A stretch of DNA of 63,414 bases, filler included, from Octopus bimaculoides (lineage: Eukaryota): the NCBI RefSeq assembly GCF_001194135.2. It is 5 parts of 5 records of this genome, joined end to end, with 100 filler letters (N's around TTAATTAATTAA, not from the genome) between each part and the next. Parts side by side here need not be neighbours in the genome. Positions count along the whole stretch, not along the records: positions 58,968 to 61,480 come from NC_068984.1; positions 61,581 to 63,414 come from NW_026316934.1; 3 more parts are not named here. One strand, 5' to 3'. The notes beneath the pieces are model-generated. The model did not search any database. It was not told where the DNA came from and worked only from the letters and a program-made list of their open reading frames with translations. Both the position numbers and the translations under genes were made by a program. Position 1 is the first letter of the stretch; each line of letters opens with the position of its first letter. This document shows positions 61,384 to 63,414 of this stretch, piece by piece.

Positions 61384-61452
61384 TTTCCCTTCGTCATGGC
61401 CGGTATGACACCGGCCATGACGAAGGGAAATAGCCCTGAAACTCGAGTCGCC
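61384..61452 (+). other. Perfect 21-bp hairpin overlapping a hammerhead-like motif
   Basis: Arms 61384-61404 and 61410-61430 are exact reverse complements (loop ATGAC). The motif reads aTGACGA-AGGG-aaatag-CCCT-GAAAC-TCGA-GTC-GCC. Confidence 0.5.
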
Positions 61453-61580
61453 TTTATATATTTATATTTATATATTTATANNNNNNNNNNNNNNNNNNNN
61501 NNNNNNNNNNNNNNNNNNNNNNNNTTAATTAATTAANNNNNNNNNNNNNNNNNNNNNNNNNNNNNNNNNNNNNNNNNNNN

Positions 61581-61825
61581 AACCATGATAATCCAGCTGA
61601 TGTGGGATCCCTGTATGTAGACTCTTTACATGCTAAAAACAGCAGCAAAACTTTCTTCATATCAAATGCAACTGTTTAAAAAGAAAAACAGAGTACAAAT
61701 TGCATACTATGATCCAAGATACACAATACCTCAAAAGATAAGAACAACAAGATGATCATAGCTGTAATGTTTTCTTTTATATGTCTACTTAAAGGTTGAC
61801 CTGGGGCTAAACAATGACAACAACA
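61581..61825 (+). mobile_element. SINE 3' part ending GGTTGACCTGGGGCTAAACAA + (CAA)n
   Basis: Tail composition resembles SINE 3' ends of this kind; the head is lost in the gap. Confidence 0.45.
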
Positions 61826-61829
61826 AAAT

Positions 61830-63414
61830 CTATGACAGCATTATCAGAACTACCAGTTGCAACAACATTAAGATTATCAGCAGCTACAACAAAAATACCT
61901 ACAACTTTGGCAGCATTATCAGTAACAAAAACAATAACGACAACATCACATCATCAGTGACAAAAATGATCACAATATCAGTTACAACAACAATAATAAC
62001 AATAATAATCACAACATTACCAGCACCAACAAAAGCAATCTTATCACANNNNNNNNNNAGCACCAACAAAAGCAATCTTATCACAGCAACAATATTCACA
62101 GCATTATTGGGAACAACAAAACATTATCAAAAACAGCCATCACAACATTATCGACAACACCATCAACAAGCACAACATTATNNNNNNNNNNACAGCCATC
62201 ACAACATTATCGACAACACCATCAACAAGCACAACATTATCAGCAACAACAAAAACAATCTCATCATTATAAGAAAGAAATTAAACAACAATAGTCACAA
62301 CATTATCTGTGGCAACAGCAACAACAGCATTATCAGCAGCAACAATACCAGTATTATCACAGCAGCATTAGCAACAAACTCAACNNNNNNNNNNGCAGCA
62401 ACAATACCAGTATTATCACAGCAGCATTAGCAACAAACTCAACATTATCACCTACAACTATAACTTCAACAGTATCACAGCAGCAGCAACAACAAACACA
62501 ATATTATTATCTACAACAACAATATCAACATTATCATTGCAGCAGCAACAACAAATACNNNNNNNNNNNNNNNNNNNNNNNNNNNNNNNNNNNNNNNNNN
62601 NNNNNNCAACAACAAATACAACATTATCATCTACAACAACAATATCAACATTATCATTGCAGTAGCAACAACAAATACAACATTATCATCTACAACAATA
62701 TCAACATTATCAAAGCAGTAGCAGCAACAAACACAACATTATCNNNNNNNNNNNNNNNNNNNNNNNNNNNNNNNNNNNNNNNNNNNNNNNNNNNNNNNNN
62801 NNNNNNNNNNNNNNNNNNNNNNNNNNNNNNNNNNNNNNNNNNNNNNNNNNNNNNNNNNNAATATCAACATTATCACAGCAGCAGCAAGAACAAACAACAT
62901 TATCATCTACAACAACAATATCAATATTATCACAGCAGCAGCAAGAACAAACAACATTATCATCTACAGCAACATCAACATTATCATTGCAGCAGCAACA
63001 ACAACTACAACATTATCATCTACAACAACAATATCAACATTATCATTGCAGCAGCAACAACAAATACNNNNNNNNNNNNNACAACAACAATATCAACATT
63101 ATCACAGCAGCAGCAACAACAAATACAACAATAACAGCAACAACAATCACACATCCATCACCACCAGCAACAATCACAACACAATCAACAATAACATTAA
63201 CCATAATCATATTATCTGCAACCCCATCAATAAAACGCATTATCAGCTTCTATAATAATAATTACAATATTATAAGCAGCAACAATAATTACATTATCAA
63301 TATGAACATCGGCAATAACAATTGTCAAAGCTAAAACATTAAAAACAATAGGAAACACTCCCATAACAGCAACAACAACAAAATGCAATGAAATTATCAG
63401 TGGAAACAATAACA
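61830..63414. repeat. CAA/ATC-rich minisatellite with CAACATTATCA cores; ~59-bp dimeric unit in 62460-63110
   Basis: CAACATTATCATCTACAACAACAATAT alternates with CAACATTATCATTGCAGCAGCAACAACAAATA. Confidence 0.88.

Noticed and set aside
28776-61536. TTAATTAATTAA repeated four times
   Set aside because: Each copy is centred in N44 flanks (100 bp total) and has stops in all six frames; it is an assembly spacer, not biology.

Overview
This window is AT-rich, microsatellite-dense animal genomic DNA with roughly 6 kb of N gaps and 100-bp scaffold-join spacers. The tRNA-headed SINE types and (CTAT)n/(ATGT)n/(CA)n tracts resemble cephalopod (Octopus) genomes; that is an inference from pattern familiarity, not a database search. 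No host gene could be confidently called, only a few weak minus-strand micro-exon candidates, and most long ORFs in the track are artefacts of Ns or simple repeats. The window is a transposon graveyard: two R4/Dong-type LINE fragments, RTE and CR1 LINE fragments, two mariner relics, two Tc1-class relics, a near full-length Chapaev-like DNA transposon with TIRs, many SINEs, and several Penelope-like (PLE) fragments. The most unusual feature is the PLE at 2493-5122 (minus strand, inverted pseudo-LTRs). A Ulp1/SENP-type cysteine-protease domain (H...D...QxxxxDC) reads in the same frame into the PLE N-terminal VINLS motif, followed by RT, thumb, Cys-rich linker and GIY-YIG, so it looks like a decayed protease-RT-endonuclease PLE. 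Secondary observations include hammerhead-like motifs, a perfect 21-bp hairpin, a Tc1 relic with 36+2 catalytic spacing, and several higher-order minisatellites.
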